Shown piece by piece: positions 10,308-21,048 of a DNA stretch of 64,000 bases. Position numbers and translations under genes: made by a program. The stretch is taken from positions 5,953-69,952 of the forward strand of contig CANQCV010000006.1 of the NCBI GenBank assembly GCA_947591045.1. Reading direction: 5' to 3'. The first letter of the stretch is position 1, and the number at the start of each line of letters is the position of its first letter. This DNA comes from an uncultured Clostridia bacterium. GTDB lineage: Bacteria > Bacillota > Clostridia > TANB77 > CAG-508. The notes below the pieces were generated by a model that searched no databases, was not told the origin of the DNA, and saw only the letters and a program-made list of their open reading frames with translations.

Positions 10308-10769
10308 TTATAATTCAAAGAAATATAATTTTTCTCCTGTTTTTAATTTTTCAATATAATTTGCTCCAAACTTTTCATAATAATTTTTCAAATCTGTTTT
10401 TAAATAAATTTTCTTAAACCCTCTTTTTCTAGCTTCATTTAAAATTGCATCATTCAAGATTTTAGAATAGCCCCTTCCTCTATATTCTTCTTTTACAAAC
10501 ATTGTTGCATACCATGGAAATAGTTCTTTTCTTTCTTCACAATCAGATGGAAAAATTGATATAAATCCAACTAATTTTTCGTCATCCAATAGGATTAATT
10601 TACAATAATAAGGATTATCAAAATTAGATTTAATTTTTAATATTTTCTTATTTACCTTATCATTAAATTCTTCTTTGGTTAAATTTTTTTGTCCCCATTC
10701 TTTTTGGGTTAATTCTGCTACTTCTTTAAGATACTGTTGTTTATTTTTTACATCATATATATTTAACAT
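10308..10769 (-). CDS. GNAT family N-acetyltransferase
   Basis: PWYATMFVKEEYRGRGYS acetyl-CoA motif A; YYEKFG. Confidence 0.85.
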   Translation of the reverse strand: MLNIYDVKNKQQYLKEVAELTQKEWGQKNLTKEEFNDKVNKKILKIKSNFDNPYYCKLILLDDEKLVGFISIFPSDCEERKELFPWYATMFVKEEYRGRGYSKILNDAILNEARKRGFKKIYLKTDLKNYYEKFGANYIEKLKTGEKLYFFEL

Positions 10770-10812
10770 TTGATGATATCTCCTATAATTACTTTTCTGT
10801 TTTTCTCCTTAA

Positions 10813-11463
10813 TTATACTTTTACTGTATATAGAATATCGTTTATTTGTTCTAAACTTACCAATTCATTTTTTCTAAAAGTTAACTTTAATAAGCAAGGA
10901 GACACTATATCTAATTCTTTTCCTTTATATTCAAGATTTAAATTCTCATTTACTTTACAATAACTTAGTAAATAAAATTTAATTGCTCCTCCATGACTTA
11001 CTATTGCTATTCTTTTTCCCTCATATTTTTCAATTATCTCACTTATAAATTCATTCATCCTCTTATTTGTATCATTTGCACTCTCACCATCTTGAGTTTT
11101 AAATTCTGGAAAGGCTAATTGTTCACGAGAAGGATCTCTAGTTGACTTATCATTCATAAATTTTGCTAAATCTTCTATATTTCCAAGTTTTCTTTCACAT
11201 AATCTTTTGTCTAAGTTATATTGTAAATTATTTTCATTTGCAATGTATTTTGCTGTCTGCTTTGCCCTTGTGTAACTGCTACACCAAATTATATCAATAT
11301 TTTTTAGTTCATTGTTTTCACTTAATTTTTTTGAATCTTGTTCACCTTTAATTGATAATATTTCTTTTTCATTGATTTCTTGTTGCGTCTCGTCTGTGTT
11401 TCTAATTCCATCTTCATTAATAGTTTCAGCATGCCTTATTAAATAAATTATAGTATCTTTCAT
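10813..11463 (-). CDS. Histidine phosphatase family protein
   Basis: YLIRHAE, SSYTRAKQTA, GES and IVSHGG motifs. Confidence 0.88.
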   Translation of the reverse strand: MKDTIIYLIRHAETINEDGIRNTDETQQEINEKEILSIKGEQDSKKLSENNELKNIDIIWCSSYTRAKQTAKYIANENNLQYNLDKRLCERKLGNIEDLAKFMNDKSTRDPSREQLAFPEFKTQDGESANDTNKRMNEFISEIIEKYEGKRIAIVSHGGAIKFYLLSYCKVNENLNLEYKGKELDIVSPCLLKLTFRKNELVSLEQINDILYTVKV

Positions 11464-11549
11464 TTATATCAATTCCTATCTTTATTTTTTGAATTATTAT
11501 ACCAACATAAAGTAATTTTTTCAATAATTTATTTTGTACCTTATTAATG

Positions 11550-11587
11550 AAAAAGGGCACGGAGAAAAATTTCTTCGTGCCCTTTTT
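11550..11587 (-). terminator. Intrinsic terminator
   Basis: AAAAGGGCACGGAGAAAAATTTCTTCGTGCCCTTTTT. Confidence 0.75.
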
Positions 11588-12006
11588 CATGAACTACTTG
11601 GTCTTGTTTTTTGAAGTTCTATGCGCCTTCGTCTCATCTGTACACTAGTCATTTCGCGCTTAGCATAAGATTTTACTTCTTCAATGGTAAGCCCATGCTC
11701 TAAACCCAGTCGCATTTCTTGCATTTGGTTCCATTCATATTTTGAACAAGCATAAACTTTCACTTGCTCAATGGTAAGTCCATATTCGAGACCCCAACGA
11801 ATTTGTTCCATCTGCCATACATTAAAATTTGAATCGGCTAACACATCTAATTGATCAATCGTAAATTTGCTATCTATAGCTAAACTGATTTGTTTTTTTT
11901 GAAACTTATCTAATTTTTGCTGATCATAAAATTTGGCAGTCTTTCTTCTTTTAATAACTTCCTTTTTTATATTTTGCTTGTAATTGTGTTTTAACCGTTC
12001 GCCCAT
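11587..12006 (-). CDS. Hypothetical helical-repeat protein
   Basis: GAAAGGAG RBS; tandem QM.(Q/E)(I/M)R.GLE.GLTIE.VK.YA repeats; CGG at codon 4. Confidence 0.72.
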   Translation of the reverse strand: MGERLKHNYKQNIKKEVIKRRKTAKFYDQQKLDKFQKKQISLAIDSKFTIDQLDVLADSNFNVWQMEQIRWGLEYGLTIEQVKVYACSKYEWNQMQEMRLGLEHGLTIEEVKSYAKREMTSVQMRRRRIELQKTRPSSS

Positions 12007-12084
12007 TAGTCCGTCTCCTTTCAAATATTGTTATGGAGCTTTATAGCTGTGTAATAGCTACTTTATTAACATAAGACTTTCCCT

Positions 12085-12113
12085 ATTATATATCATTTAT
12101 ACTTTTTTGTCAA
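12085..12113 (-). promoter_or_regulatory. Consensus sigmaA promoter
   Basis: TTGACA-N17-TATAAT. Confidence 0.75.
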
Positions 12114-12133
12114 TTATGTTACCTTTACACTGT

Positions 12134-13348
12134 TTATAGCTTATAATATTTAATTATAAACTTTGTACCTGTTTCATCTGAATCCACACTTATAGAGCCA
12201 TTGTCCTGTTCTATTATTGTTTTTGAAAGTGCCAAGCCAATTCCTATGCTTTCTGGGCTTGCGTTCTCGCCTTTATAAAATCTTTCAAATATATGTGGTA
12301 AATCTTTTTTTGATATTCCTTTGCCAAAATCTTTTATCTCTATCATAGAATATACGCTATTTTGCTCATAGCTTACTATTATTTTTTGATTTTCTTTTGA
12401 ATGTTCTATACAATTTTTCAAAATATTAGTAATTGCCTCTATTTGCCATTTGCTATCGCATTTTATCTTTGCTTTTTCATTACCATTTACTTTAATAACA
12501 ATGTTTTTTAAATCGCATAATGCCAAAACATTTTTTACAGACTCATCTATGATTTCCTTTATTTTTCTTTCTTCTTCGATAAAATGAATCGTGTTTGCAT
12601 CAAATTTTGATAATTTTAAAATGGCTTGTACTAAAAAGTTTATATTTGTTACTTCTCGTTTTATGTCTTTTATAAAGTCATTTCTTGTAGCTGTATCCAT
12701 ATTAGAGTCATCAATCAAATTATCCAACATAACTAAAATACTTGTTAGTGGTGTTTTTATTTGATGTGATATGTCTTCTAATGATTTTTTTAAATTTAAT
12801 TTATCTAAATTTGAGATTTCTGCTGATTCTTTTAGCATTATAGTTGTTTTATATATCTCATTTTTTAAAATAGATAGTTCATCTTCTGACATTGAATCTA
12901 TATTTAATTCATAATTCTTTTTATTAATTTCTTCTATATACTTTGTAATATCACCAATATCTTTTTCTTTTTGCCTATTATACATCATAAATATAACTAA
13001 AATTATCACAAGACTAATCGCCATAAACAATATATTTAATAGTAAAAATCTATGATAATATATATCATTTTGTATAACAATAGATTTATTTTTTACATCT
13101 ATTCCATATTTTTCAAATATTATACTATCAGTATCATTTTCACTATTTAATATCTCAATAATCTCTTTTTCTGATAGGTTAGAATATTTTTGTTGCAAAG
13201 CATTTACTATTAAAGATAATTTGTTGTTAAAATTTTTATTATATACATGATATTCATATATATTTATAGCTAAAAACACTACAAGCAAACATATAGATAT
13301 TAAAAGTGTTTTTACTAAATATCTTTTTAATTTAATCTTGTTCTTCAT
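12134..13348 (-). CDS. Sensor histidine kinase
   Basis: Two TMs; DISHQIKTPL H-box; NILKN, DFGKG, FERFY and GIGL boxes. Confidence 0.93.
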   Translation of the reverse strand: MKNKIKLKRYLVKTLLISICLLVVFLAINIYEYHVYNKNFNNKLSLIVNALQQKYSNLSEKEIIEILNSENDTDSIIFEKYGIDVKNKSIVIQNDIYYHRFLLLNILFMAISLVIILVIFMMYNRQKEKDIGDITKYIEEINKKNYELNIDSMSEDELSILKNEIYKTTIMLKESAEISNLDKLNLKKSLEDISHQIKTPLTSILVMLDNLIDDSNMDTATRNDFIKDIKREVTNINFLVQAILKLSKFDANTIHFIEEERKIKEIIDESVKNVLALCDLKNIVIKVNGNEKAKIKCDSKWQIEAITNILKNCIEHSKENQKIIVSYEQNSVYSMIEIKDFGKGISKKDLPHIFERFYKGENASPESIGIGLALSKTIIEQDNGSISVDSDETGTKFIIKYYKL

Positions 13349-13994
13349 TTATTATATACCCCATGCCTTTTATAGTTGTAATTATATTTGAATCAATCTT
13401 CTCTCGTATTCTTTTAAAATATACTGTAATAGTATGGTCATCTACATCATTTCCTGTCCACTCCCATATCTTGTCTAATATTATGTTTCTACTTACAACT
13501 TTATTTATATTTGTAAATAGCAAATTTACCAGCTTTAACTCTAATGCTGTTAGTTCAATTTGCTGACCATTTTTACATAATGTTAGTTTATCCATATCAA
13601 AAGTAATATCTTTTACTTTTATAACACTTTTCTTTTTTGAGCGTAACAATATTTTATTTATTCTAGCAAGAAGTTCTTTTGTGCTAAAAGGTTTTGTAAT
13701 ATAATCTTCTGCACCTATGTTTAGGCCTTTTACAATATCATCTTCTTCATCTTTTGCAGTTAAGAAAATGGTTGGTATTTTTAAATCTTTAATTGTATCT
13801 TTAAATAATTCAAAACCATCTCCATCTGGTAAAGCTATGTCCAATATTATTAAATCTATATTAGTATTATTTTTTAAAAATTCCTTTGTTTCTCTTACGC
13901 TTGTTGTATATGATAATTTATAATTGTTTTTTTCAAAAGAATAGTTAAGTCCTTTTATAATTGAAGTATTATCTTCTACTAATAAAATGTTCAT
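13332..13994 (-). CDS. OmpR-family response regulator
   Basis: Receiver domain (LLVED, ILDI.LPD, DYITKPF) plus winged-helix C-terminus. Confidence 0.93.
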   Translation of the reverse strand: MNILLVEDNTSIIKGLNYSFEKNNYKLSYTTSVRETKEFLKNNTNIDLIILDIALPDGDGFELFKDTIKDLKIPTIFLTAKDEEDDIVKGLNIGAEDYITKPFSTKELLARINKILLRSKKKSVIKVKDITFDMDKLTLCKNGQQIELTALELKLVNLLFTNINKVVSRNIILDKIWEWTGNDVDDHTITVYFKRIREKIDSNIITTIKGMGYIINEEQD

Positions 13995-14053
13995 ATTAAA
14001 CCCCTTTCTTTTAATATTATATCACATTATAAAAGGGCCTTTCAGCCCTTTTA

Positions 14054-16723
14054 TTAAATATTTTCATTTCTAATTGTTTCAATAGTATTTTGTTTATTAA
14101 TCTTTCTTATTGAATATCTCATAATTATAGATATTAGAAGAAATACAACACATATAGATAGTATTATTGCAACTATTGGCAATTTATATGGCATACCAGT
14201 ATCTTGCGCTAAATGCATTATATATGATAAAATTATGCCTATTGTAATACCAAATATTAGTGACTTTACACCCATAAATAAACTCTCTAACCTTATCATT
14301 CTATTAAATTCTTTTGTTGTCATACCAACAGATTTAAGCATTGCAAATTCTTGCTTTCTAAGTTCCATATTTGTTGTTATTGTATTAAATATATTTGTTA
14401 TTCCAATTAAAGATATAACTATTATAAATCCATATAAAAAGATTCCCAATAATGTAAATAAATTATTCATCATTTTAATATTTTCTTCGTTAATAGTAGA
14501 ACTATAATTTTCATCTTCTAAAAGTTCCATTACATCACTTTGAAATTTGTCAACATCATTTACTTTATAATAAATGTTAAGCTTATCAGTTTTGCCTATT
14601 TTGTCAAATAGTTCGTCACTAATAATACACATTATTTCAAGACTGTTTTTTAATCCAAATGGTTTTGTATCTGTAACATAGCCTATTTCTAGATTATAAC
14701 TTTTATCATTATCAATCACACCTTCAATTTTGTCACCTGCATTATAGTCATATACTCTCATATATTTATGTTCATATTTGTTTTTATCCTCAATATATTT
14801 TGATATATCTCTATAATCTAACAATATTCCCTTATCTTTAATATCATCATAATCTAGTCCTAATGATTTAACATATTTTTCATATTGTGCTTTTCCTAAC
14901 GAATAAAATGTTAAATATGAATTTGTATTCTCCTTTAATTTTAAATTAAGCCATTCTACATATTCTGGATTATACTTAGCATCTTTATAACTAATGCCAG
15001 ACTCTCTTAATATAGTATAATCTTCAACGCTATCTAATGTTGTTGTAGCTACAAACTTTTCATAATTATTATCATCTATATTTTTTGTATGTATCTCCGC
15101 ATTATATTCTAACACTTTAAATTCATTTTCAATTTCATCAAAAGCAGAACTCATAAAACTATAAAGAGCAATAAATACAAATACTGATACAATAATAGAA
15201 ATAACAGTAGTTCTATATTTTTTCTTATTTCTTTTTAAGTTCTTAAATGATATTTCTCCACCCATACCAAATAATTTTTTTATAAATTTCGGACTTTTTA
15301 GTTTTTTGCTTTTTATTTTAATATTTGCACTATTTCTTATAGATTCTATTGGAGATACTTTTGATGCTCTTTTTGCACTTCTAAAAGCTGAAAAATATAG
15401 TGTTACAATTCCTAATATTATAGATATTACCACTGCTGTCAAAGAAAAGATAAACTCTAACTTTATACCAGTTGCTAACATCTGCTTTAAATAGTAATTG
15501 CTAACAATTATAAGTATAAATGATGCAAAAAAGCCTGACAATATTCCAAGAGGTATACCAATAATTCCTAAAATAGTAGCCTCATAAAAAACATTTTTCT
15601 TTATCTGTTTTTTGGTAGCCCCAATACTTCTAAGCATTCCATATTGTTTTATTTTTTCTGTTATAGAAATATCAAAACTATTTTTTATGCAAAATACAGA
15701 TGTAAACACAATAATTCCAATTACAATACATACAACAACTCCTAATTCACCAACAGTATTAGTACTTATTGGGTTTGTCTCTAATGCAATTAAATAACTA
15801 TTTATACTTATATCATATTTTGCCTTTTCCATTTCTTTGGAATATCTGTTTTCTTCTTCTTTATTTAATACCGCTCCACCAGAATTTGCTTTTTCAAATA
15901 ATTCTTCATCTACACCTAATATATTTGCAGTAATCTTATAGCAGTTTTTACTTCCTTCTTTTGTATATTTTGCATATACATCAATATTTCCAACTAAATC
16001 ATTTTCATTTACATATGTTATAAAAGTGTAACCTGGTGCAGAATAACTTTCAATATTACTTGCAGGTCTTTCAATAATTCCCACAATTTTATATGTTTTA
16101 GATACTGTATCTATAATTTTTTCATTACTTTTAGTTGTACTTCCTTCATCTATAACCTCACCTGTACTTGCATCTGTCATTTGAAAAGACGAATCACTTT
16201 CATAATAAGGATTTGATTGGTCTAATTCATATCCTTCCGAAGTTACTCTTTTACCTATATTTAGAGTTATACTATCTCCTACTTTTAAAACTAATCTACC
16301 ATTAGTTTTAAGATGTGTAGGTATAATTATTTCATTTTCATTTTCTGGAAGTCTTCCCTCTACTAATTTTATAGAAAGATTTTCTAATGAATCTTTTGTA
16401 AATGCCTTAACATAAGCATAAGGTTTATTCTCATTTTTAGTATTTATTTTTGCATAACCTATATTTTTAGTTAAATGTACATTTTCGATTCCTCTGTTAT
16501 CCTTAAAAGTATATAACTCATCTATTGGAACATTATAAAATGCCACATGAAAATTTCCTTTTTGATATGTCTCATAATTTATTAAAGATTGTATTCCACT
16601 TGCATAAATTGATGCAACAGCTGTGATAAGTGCAACAGATAGAATAATGCCCATTATTGTTACAATTGTTCTTTTCTTGTTTAATTTAAGGTTTTTAATT
16701 GTTAATTTATTAAGTAAGTTCAT
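14054..16723 (-). CDS. FtsX-like ABC transporter permease (two FtsX domains)
   Basis: KQYGMLRSIGATKKQI and RKQEFAMLKSVGMT motifs; multiple TMs. Confidence 0.9.
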   Translation of the reverse strand: MNLLNKLTIKNLKLNKKRTIVTIMGIILSVALITAVASIYASGIQSLINYETYQKGNFHVAFYNVPIDELYTFKDNRGIENVHLTKNIGYAKINTKNENKPYAYVKAFTKDSLENLSIKLVEGRLPENENEIIIPTHLKTNGRLVLKVGDSITLNIGKRVTSEGYELDQSNPYYESDSSFQMTDASTGEVIDEGSTTKSNEKIIDTVSKTYKIVGIIERPASNIESYSAPGYTFITYVNENDLVGNIDVYAKYTKEGSKNCYKITANILGVDEELFEKANSGGAVLNKEEENRYSKEMEKAKYDISINSYLIALETNPISTNTVGELGVVVCIVIGIIVFTSVFCIKNSFDISITEKIKQYGMLRSIGATKKQIKKNVFYEATILGIIGIPLGILSGFFASFILIIVSNYYLKQMLATGIKLEFIFSLTAVVISIILGIVTLYFSAFRSAKRASKVSPIESIRNSANIKIKSKKLKSPKFIKKLFGMGGEISFKNLKRNKKKYRTTVISIIVSVFVFIALYSFMSSAFDEIENEFKVLEYNAEIHTKNIDDNNYEKFVATTTLDSVEDYTILRESGISYKDAKYNPEYVEWLNLKLKENTNSYLTFYSLGKAQYEKYVKSLGLDYDDIKDKGILLDYRDISKYIEDKNKYEHKYMRVYDYNAGDKIEGVIDNDKSYNLEIGYVTDTKPFGLKNSLEIMCIISDELFDKIGKTDKLNIYYKVNDVDKFQSDVMELLEDENYSSTINEENIKMMNNLFTLLGIFLYGFIIVISLIGITNIFNTITTNMELRKQEFAMLKSVGMTTKEFNRMIRLESLFMGVKSLIFGITIGIILSYIMHLAQDTGMPYKLPIVAIILSICVVFLLISIIMRYSIRKINKQNTIETIRNENI

Positions 16724-16737
16724 ATTTTTACCTCCTT

Positions 16738-17400
16738 TTAAACAATTTTTCCATCTTCAATTTTAATAATTCTGTCTGCCTCTTTTGCTATTTCCATATT
16801 ATGAGTAATCATTATTATAGTTTGCTTTAATTCTTTATTCGATTTTTTTAGTAGTGCAACTATCTCATCACTTGACTTTGAGTCTAAATTTCCTGTTGGC
16901 TCATCTGCTAAAATTATAGTAGGATTTGTAATTAAAGCTCTACCTATACTAGTCCTTTGTTGCTATCCACCTGACAATTCATTTGGAAGATGTTTTCTTC
17001 TATTTTGAAGTCCCAAAATATTTAACATCTCATCTAATTTTTCCCTATTAATTTCACGATTATCTAATGATAATGGTAGAGTTATATTTTCCTCTACATT
17101 TAATATAGGTATCAAATTATAAAATTGATATATCAGCCCAACTTGTCTTCTTCTAAAAATAGCTAGTTTATCATCATTAAATGAAAATATGTCTTTACCA
17201 TCAATATAAACTTTGCCAGAAGTTGGTCTATCTACACCACCTATTATATGTAGTAAAGTTGATTTTCCACTTCCAGATGCTCCAACTATTGCAACAAATT
17301 CTCCTTTTTCTACTGAAAAAGAAACATTATCTAATGCAACAACTTTTGACTCTTCTTTACCATAAATTTTAGTTAAATTTTGAACTTTTAATATTTCCAT
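16738..17400 (-). pseudogene. ABC transporter ATP-binding subunit (LolD/MacB-type) with an in-frame TAG at 16963-16965
   Basis: Walker A GASGSGKS; signature reads LSGG*QQR; the frame continues ILADEPTGNLD...MITH...GKIV* to 16738. Confidence 0.8.
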
Positions 17401-17449
17401 AACTTAAAAAACTCCTTTCTTGTTACAAGTAAATTATACAATAGTAAAA

Positions 17450-17466
17450 GTTACAACTAAGTTACA
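17450..17466 (-). promoter_or_regulatory. Putative OmpR-family binding site at the ABC operon promoter
   Basis: TGTAAC-N5-TGTAAC direct repeat in place of a -35, followed by TGTATAAT; a cognate RR/HK pair lies downstream. Confidence 0.6.
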
Positions 17467-17505
17467 AAATAAAAAAAGCAATTTCAATTGCTTTTTTTAT
17501 TTAAA

Positions 17506-18396
17506 CTATATAACAATTAAACCTAACATAATTATGAAATAAAATATTACTAACATTATTAATATTTTATCTGATAATAATACTTCTACTGGATCTCCTG
17601 AGGAGTTGTTTTCTATATTAAGGCTGTATTTCATACATATAATTATTACTAATGGCACGGTTAATATAAAATAACTTGTACCAAACTTTTCAATATTTTG
17701 TACATCAACACACCATAGAGAATAAAATACATTTGTAAGAGTTAAGAACATATACATATTTTTATCTAAAAAATCTTTTGTATAATATTTTAAAACCTCT
17801 CTTGTTTCTCCTTTTAATTGCATCAACTCGTTCCTTCTTTTTCCCAAAGATAAATAAAAGGAAAAAGAAATAATTGTTAAATATAGCCAATGCGATACCT
17901 TTACATTAATTAAACTAGCACCATATATAACTCTTAATAAAAAATATGTTACAAGAATAAGTACATCTAATAATTGTATTTTTTTTAATTTTTTGCTATA
18001 CAATATATTTAATACTAAATATATTAATAAAATTACAATACTATCATAATTCATTTTAAACAATATATTTATAGTAATTATAACAATGATTAAAACTGCA
18101 ATTAATATATAACTTTCTCTTTTTGTTACTCTGCCTGAAGCAATAGGTCTTTTACTCTTTTCTGGATGCTTTCTATCATTATCTATGTCTTGGATATCAT
18201 TAATAATATATACAATAGAAGATAATAATGAAAAAATTATAAAGCCAATTAAAACTTTTATATCTTTTTCTATTTCATAAAAATTGAGACTAAATATGAT
18301 TGGTAGAAAAATTAAAAAATTTTTTATATAATGTTTCATTCTCATTAATTTTATATAATCTATAATTTTATTTTTTAAAAATAACTTACTTATCAT
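17506..18396 (-). CDS. UbiA-family prenyltransferase (decaprenyl-phosphate phosphoribosyltransferase-like)
   Basis: YIINDIQDIDNDRKHPEKSKRPIASG, LGKRRNE and GDP motifs. Confidence 0.85.
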   Translation of the reverse strand: MISKLFLKNKIIDYIKLMRMKHYIKNFLIFLPIIFSLNFYEIEKDIKVLIGFIIFSLLSSIVYIINDIQDIDNDRKHPEKSKRPIASGRVTKRESYILIAVLIIVIITINILFKMNYDSIVILLIYLVLNILYSKKLKKIQLLDVLILVTYFLLRVIYGASLINVKVSHWLYLTIISFSFYLSLGKRRNELMQLKGETREVLKYYTKDFLDKNMYMFLTLTNVFYSLWCVDVQNIEKFGTSYFILTVPLVIIICMKYSLNIENNSSGDPVEVLLSDKILIMLVIFYFIIMLGLIVI

Positions 18397-19060
18397 TAGT
18401 TATATCTCCATTTCCTGATACTGGTATACTATCTCCTAAAAAGGTAGGTTTTGGTTTAAATATGCACTGTATAAAATCTTTGTTTCTTGCCAATATTTCT
18501 CTTATTTCTCTATAAGTTGCTCCTGCATATACTCTTGGGTCAGCAGGAACTCCCACTGCTTCTAATCCTAATCTATTGGCTATATATAAAGCTCTATATA
18601 AATGATATTCCTGAGTAACTATGATAATTTTATTTGCCTTAAATATTTCTTTTGCTCTATATATACTTTCATATGTTGAAAGCCCAGCATGATCCATAAA
18701 AATATTTTCAGAAGGAACTTCTTTATCAATAGCAAATTGTTTCATTACATTAACTTCGTCGTAGTCTGCTCTACTATGGTCGCCTGTCATAATTATTTTT
18801 GTAGCAACACCTTTTTTGTATAAATTAATACCTTCGTTTAATCTATCTTCTAACATTGGACTTGGTTTATCTTTCCAAATTCCTGCTCCTAAGACAACTA
18901 TGCAATCCATATCTTTTACATTAGAAAAGTCGTTGTCTTTAATTATTTGAGACTTAGTTGATAGTTTTACATATCCATTTATTCCTAAAACAATTATTGC
19001 CAAAATTAATATAATAATTAAAAATATTATCAATATCATTTTTAGTTTTTTCCCTTTCAT
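18386..19060 (-). CDS. SanA/YdcF (DUF218) family protein
   Basis: IVVLGAG, MLEDRL, DHAGLSTYES, VTQEYHLYRA and REILAR motifs. Confidence 0.88.
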   Translation of the reverse strand: MKGKKLKMILIIFLIIILILAIIVLGINGYVKLSTKSQIIKDNDFSNVKDMDCIVVLGAGIWKDKPSPMLEDRLNEGINLYKKGVATKIIMTGDHSRADYDEVNVMKQFAIDKEVPSENIFMDHAGLSTYESIYRAKEIFKANKIIIVTQEYHLYRALYIANRLGLEAVGVPADPRVYAGATYREIREILARNKDFIQCIFKPKPTFLGDSIPVSGNGDITNDK

Positions 19061-19173
19061 AATTAAATCACACCTTTTAGTACATATACTGTTTACGATT
19101 ATATAATAAAAGACAGATAATTTCAACTAATTATCTGTCTCCCTTTCAAATTCTTAATATCTTTAGACCTCAT

Positions 19174-21048
19174 CTATTCTAATTCAAATACACCTGTATA
19201 TAATTTATAATATTGTCCCTTTTGAGCAATTAAGTCTTCATGGTTTCCTCTTTCTATTATTCTACCATTTTCCAAAACCATAATTGCCTTTGAATTTCTT
19301 ACTGTTGAAAGTCTATGAGCTATTACAAATACAGTTCTTCCTTCCATTAATTTATCCATTCCATCTTGAACTATTTTTTCTGTTCTTGTATCTATGCTTG
19401 AAGTTGCCTCATCAAGAATCATTACAGGTGGATTACAAAGTGCACACCTTGCTATTGCTAAAAGTTGTCTTTGTCCCTGAGATAGACTAGCTCCATCCCC
19501 TGAAAGTTCTGTATCATATCCATTTGGAAGTCTTGCAATAAAATCATGTGCATTTGCAAGTTTAGCTGCCTCAATAACTTCTTCATCTGTTGCATCTTCT
19601 CTTCCATATTTAATGTTATCTTTAATAGTTCCTGTAAATAAGTTCGTATCTTGTAAAACCATTCCAAGAGAAAGTCTTAAATCATCTTTTTTAATTTCAT
19701 TTATATTTATTCCGTCATATATAATCTTACCATCTTTTATATCATAAAAGCGGTTTAATAGATTTGTAATCGTAGTTTTTCCTGCACCTGTTGCTCCAAC
19801 AAAAGCAATTTTTTGTCCAGGTTTTGCATATAAACTAATGTCATGTAGTACCGTTTTACCCTCTTCATAAGCAAAATCTACATTTTCAAGTTCAATGTGT
19901 CCTGCTAAACTTATATATTCTACTGTTCCATCTTGATGAGGGTATTTCCAAGCCCATTTATTTGTTCTTGTATTTACTTCTACAAGTTTTCCATTTTCTT
20001 CTTTTACATTTACTAAACAAACTTTGCCATCATCTGTTTCAGGCTCTTCATCCATAAATTCAAATATTCTTTTTGCTCCTGCAACTGCCATAACTATTGA
20101 ATTTAATTGACGCGAAACTTCATTTATTGGTCTTATAAAAGTTTTGCTTAATTGTAGAAATGCAACAATAAGTCCTACTGTAACATTTCCTATTCCATTT
20201 ATTGCAAGTAATCCTCCTGCTATTGCAAGTACTGCATATAGTGTATTTCCCAAGTTTCCATTTACTGGTCCTATGCAGTTTACAAATTTATTTGCATTAT
20301 ATACATTTTCTGATAATTCTTCATTTAATTTATCAAATCTTTCTTTTGCTCTGTCCTCATAACAAAAAACTTTTACAACCTTTTGACCATTTATCATTTC
20401 TTCAATGTATCCATTTAATTTACCAACAGATTCTTGTTGTTTGATAAAATATTTTCCACTTCTAGATGTCATAAATCTTGTTACTAATAATATTATTCCT
20501 AAAAAGCCTATAACAACTAATGTTAAATAAATATTTGTAACTATCATTGAAACAAATATTACAACAATAGTTATAATTACAGAAAACATCTGTGGTATAC
20601 TTTGAGATATCATTTGACTTAATGTATCTGTATCATTAGTGTATCTACTCATTATATCTCCATGTGAATGTGTGTCAAAGTATTTTATTGGAAGACTTTG
20701 CATTTTAACAAACATCTCGTCACGAATTTGCTTTAAAGTTCCTTCTGAAACTTTAACCATAAGCCTACTTGATAAAAATCCTGCAATTACACCTATTCCA
20801 TAAATTGATGCCATTGTTATAATTGCTTTTGCAAGTAAACCATATGTTGGGTTTTGACTTCCTACAAGAGGGATTATATAGTCGTCAATTAATGTTTGTA
20901 AATAAAGATTTGCAGCAACTGATGATGCTGTACTAAATAAAAGGCTTATAATTACAATGAATAGTCGTAGTTTATAGCTTTTAGTAAGATATTTTAAAAC
21001 TCTTTTTAAAACCTTAAAATCTATTCTTCCTCTTTGCTTTTTTTCCAT
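19174..21048 (-). CDS. Heterodimeric ABC exporter subunit (TMD+NBD)
   Basis: GATGAGKT, LSQGQRQ, ILDEATS and IAHRLS motifs. Confidence 0.93.
   Translation of the reverse strand: MEKKQRGRIDFKVLKRVLKYLTKSYKLRLFIVIISLLFSTASSVAANLYLQTLIDDYIIPLVGSQNPTYGLLAKAIITMASIYGIGVIAGFLSSRLMVKVSEGTLKQIRDEMFVKMQSLPIKYFDTHSHGDIMSRYTNDTDTLSQMISQSIPQMFSVIITIVVIFVSMIVTNIYLTLVVIGFLGIILLVTRFMTSRSGKYFIKQQESVGKLNGYIEEMINGQKVVKVFCYEDRAKERFDKLNEELSENVYNANKFVNCIGPVNGNLGNTLYAVLAIAGGLLAINGIGNVTVGLIVAFLQLSKTFIRPINEVSRQLNSIVMAVAGAKRIFEFMDEEPETDDGKVCLVNVKEENGKLVEVNTRTNKWAWKYPHQDGTVEYISLAGHIELENVDFAYEEGKTVLHDISLYAKPGQKIAFVGATGAGKTTITNLLNRFYDIKDGKIIYDGININEIKKDDLRLSLGMVLQDTNLFTGTIKDNIKYGREDATDEEVIEAAKLANAHDFIARLPNGYDTELSGDGASLSQGQRQLLAIARCALCNPPVMILDEATSSIDTRTEKIVQDGMDKLMEGRTVFVIAHRLSTVRNSKAIMVLENGRIIERGNHEDLIAQKGQYYKLYTGVFELE

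Noticed and set aside
16963..16965. Genome-wide TAG-to-Gln reassignment
   Set aside because: TAG ends several full-length genes here (e.g. ileS, pyrH, the 5237 gene); there is only one internal case.
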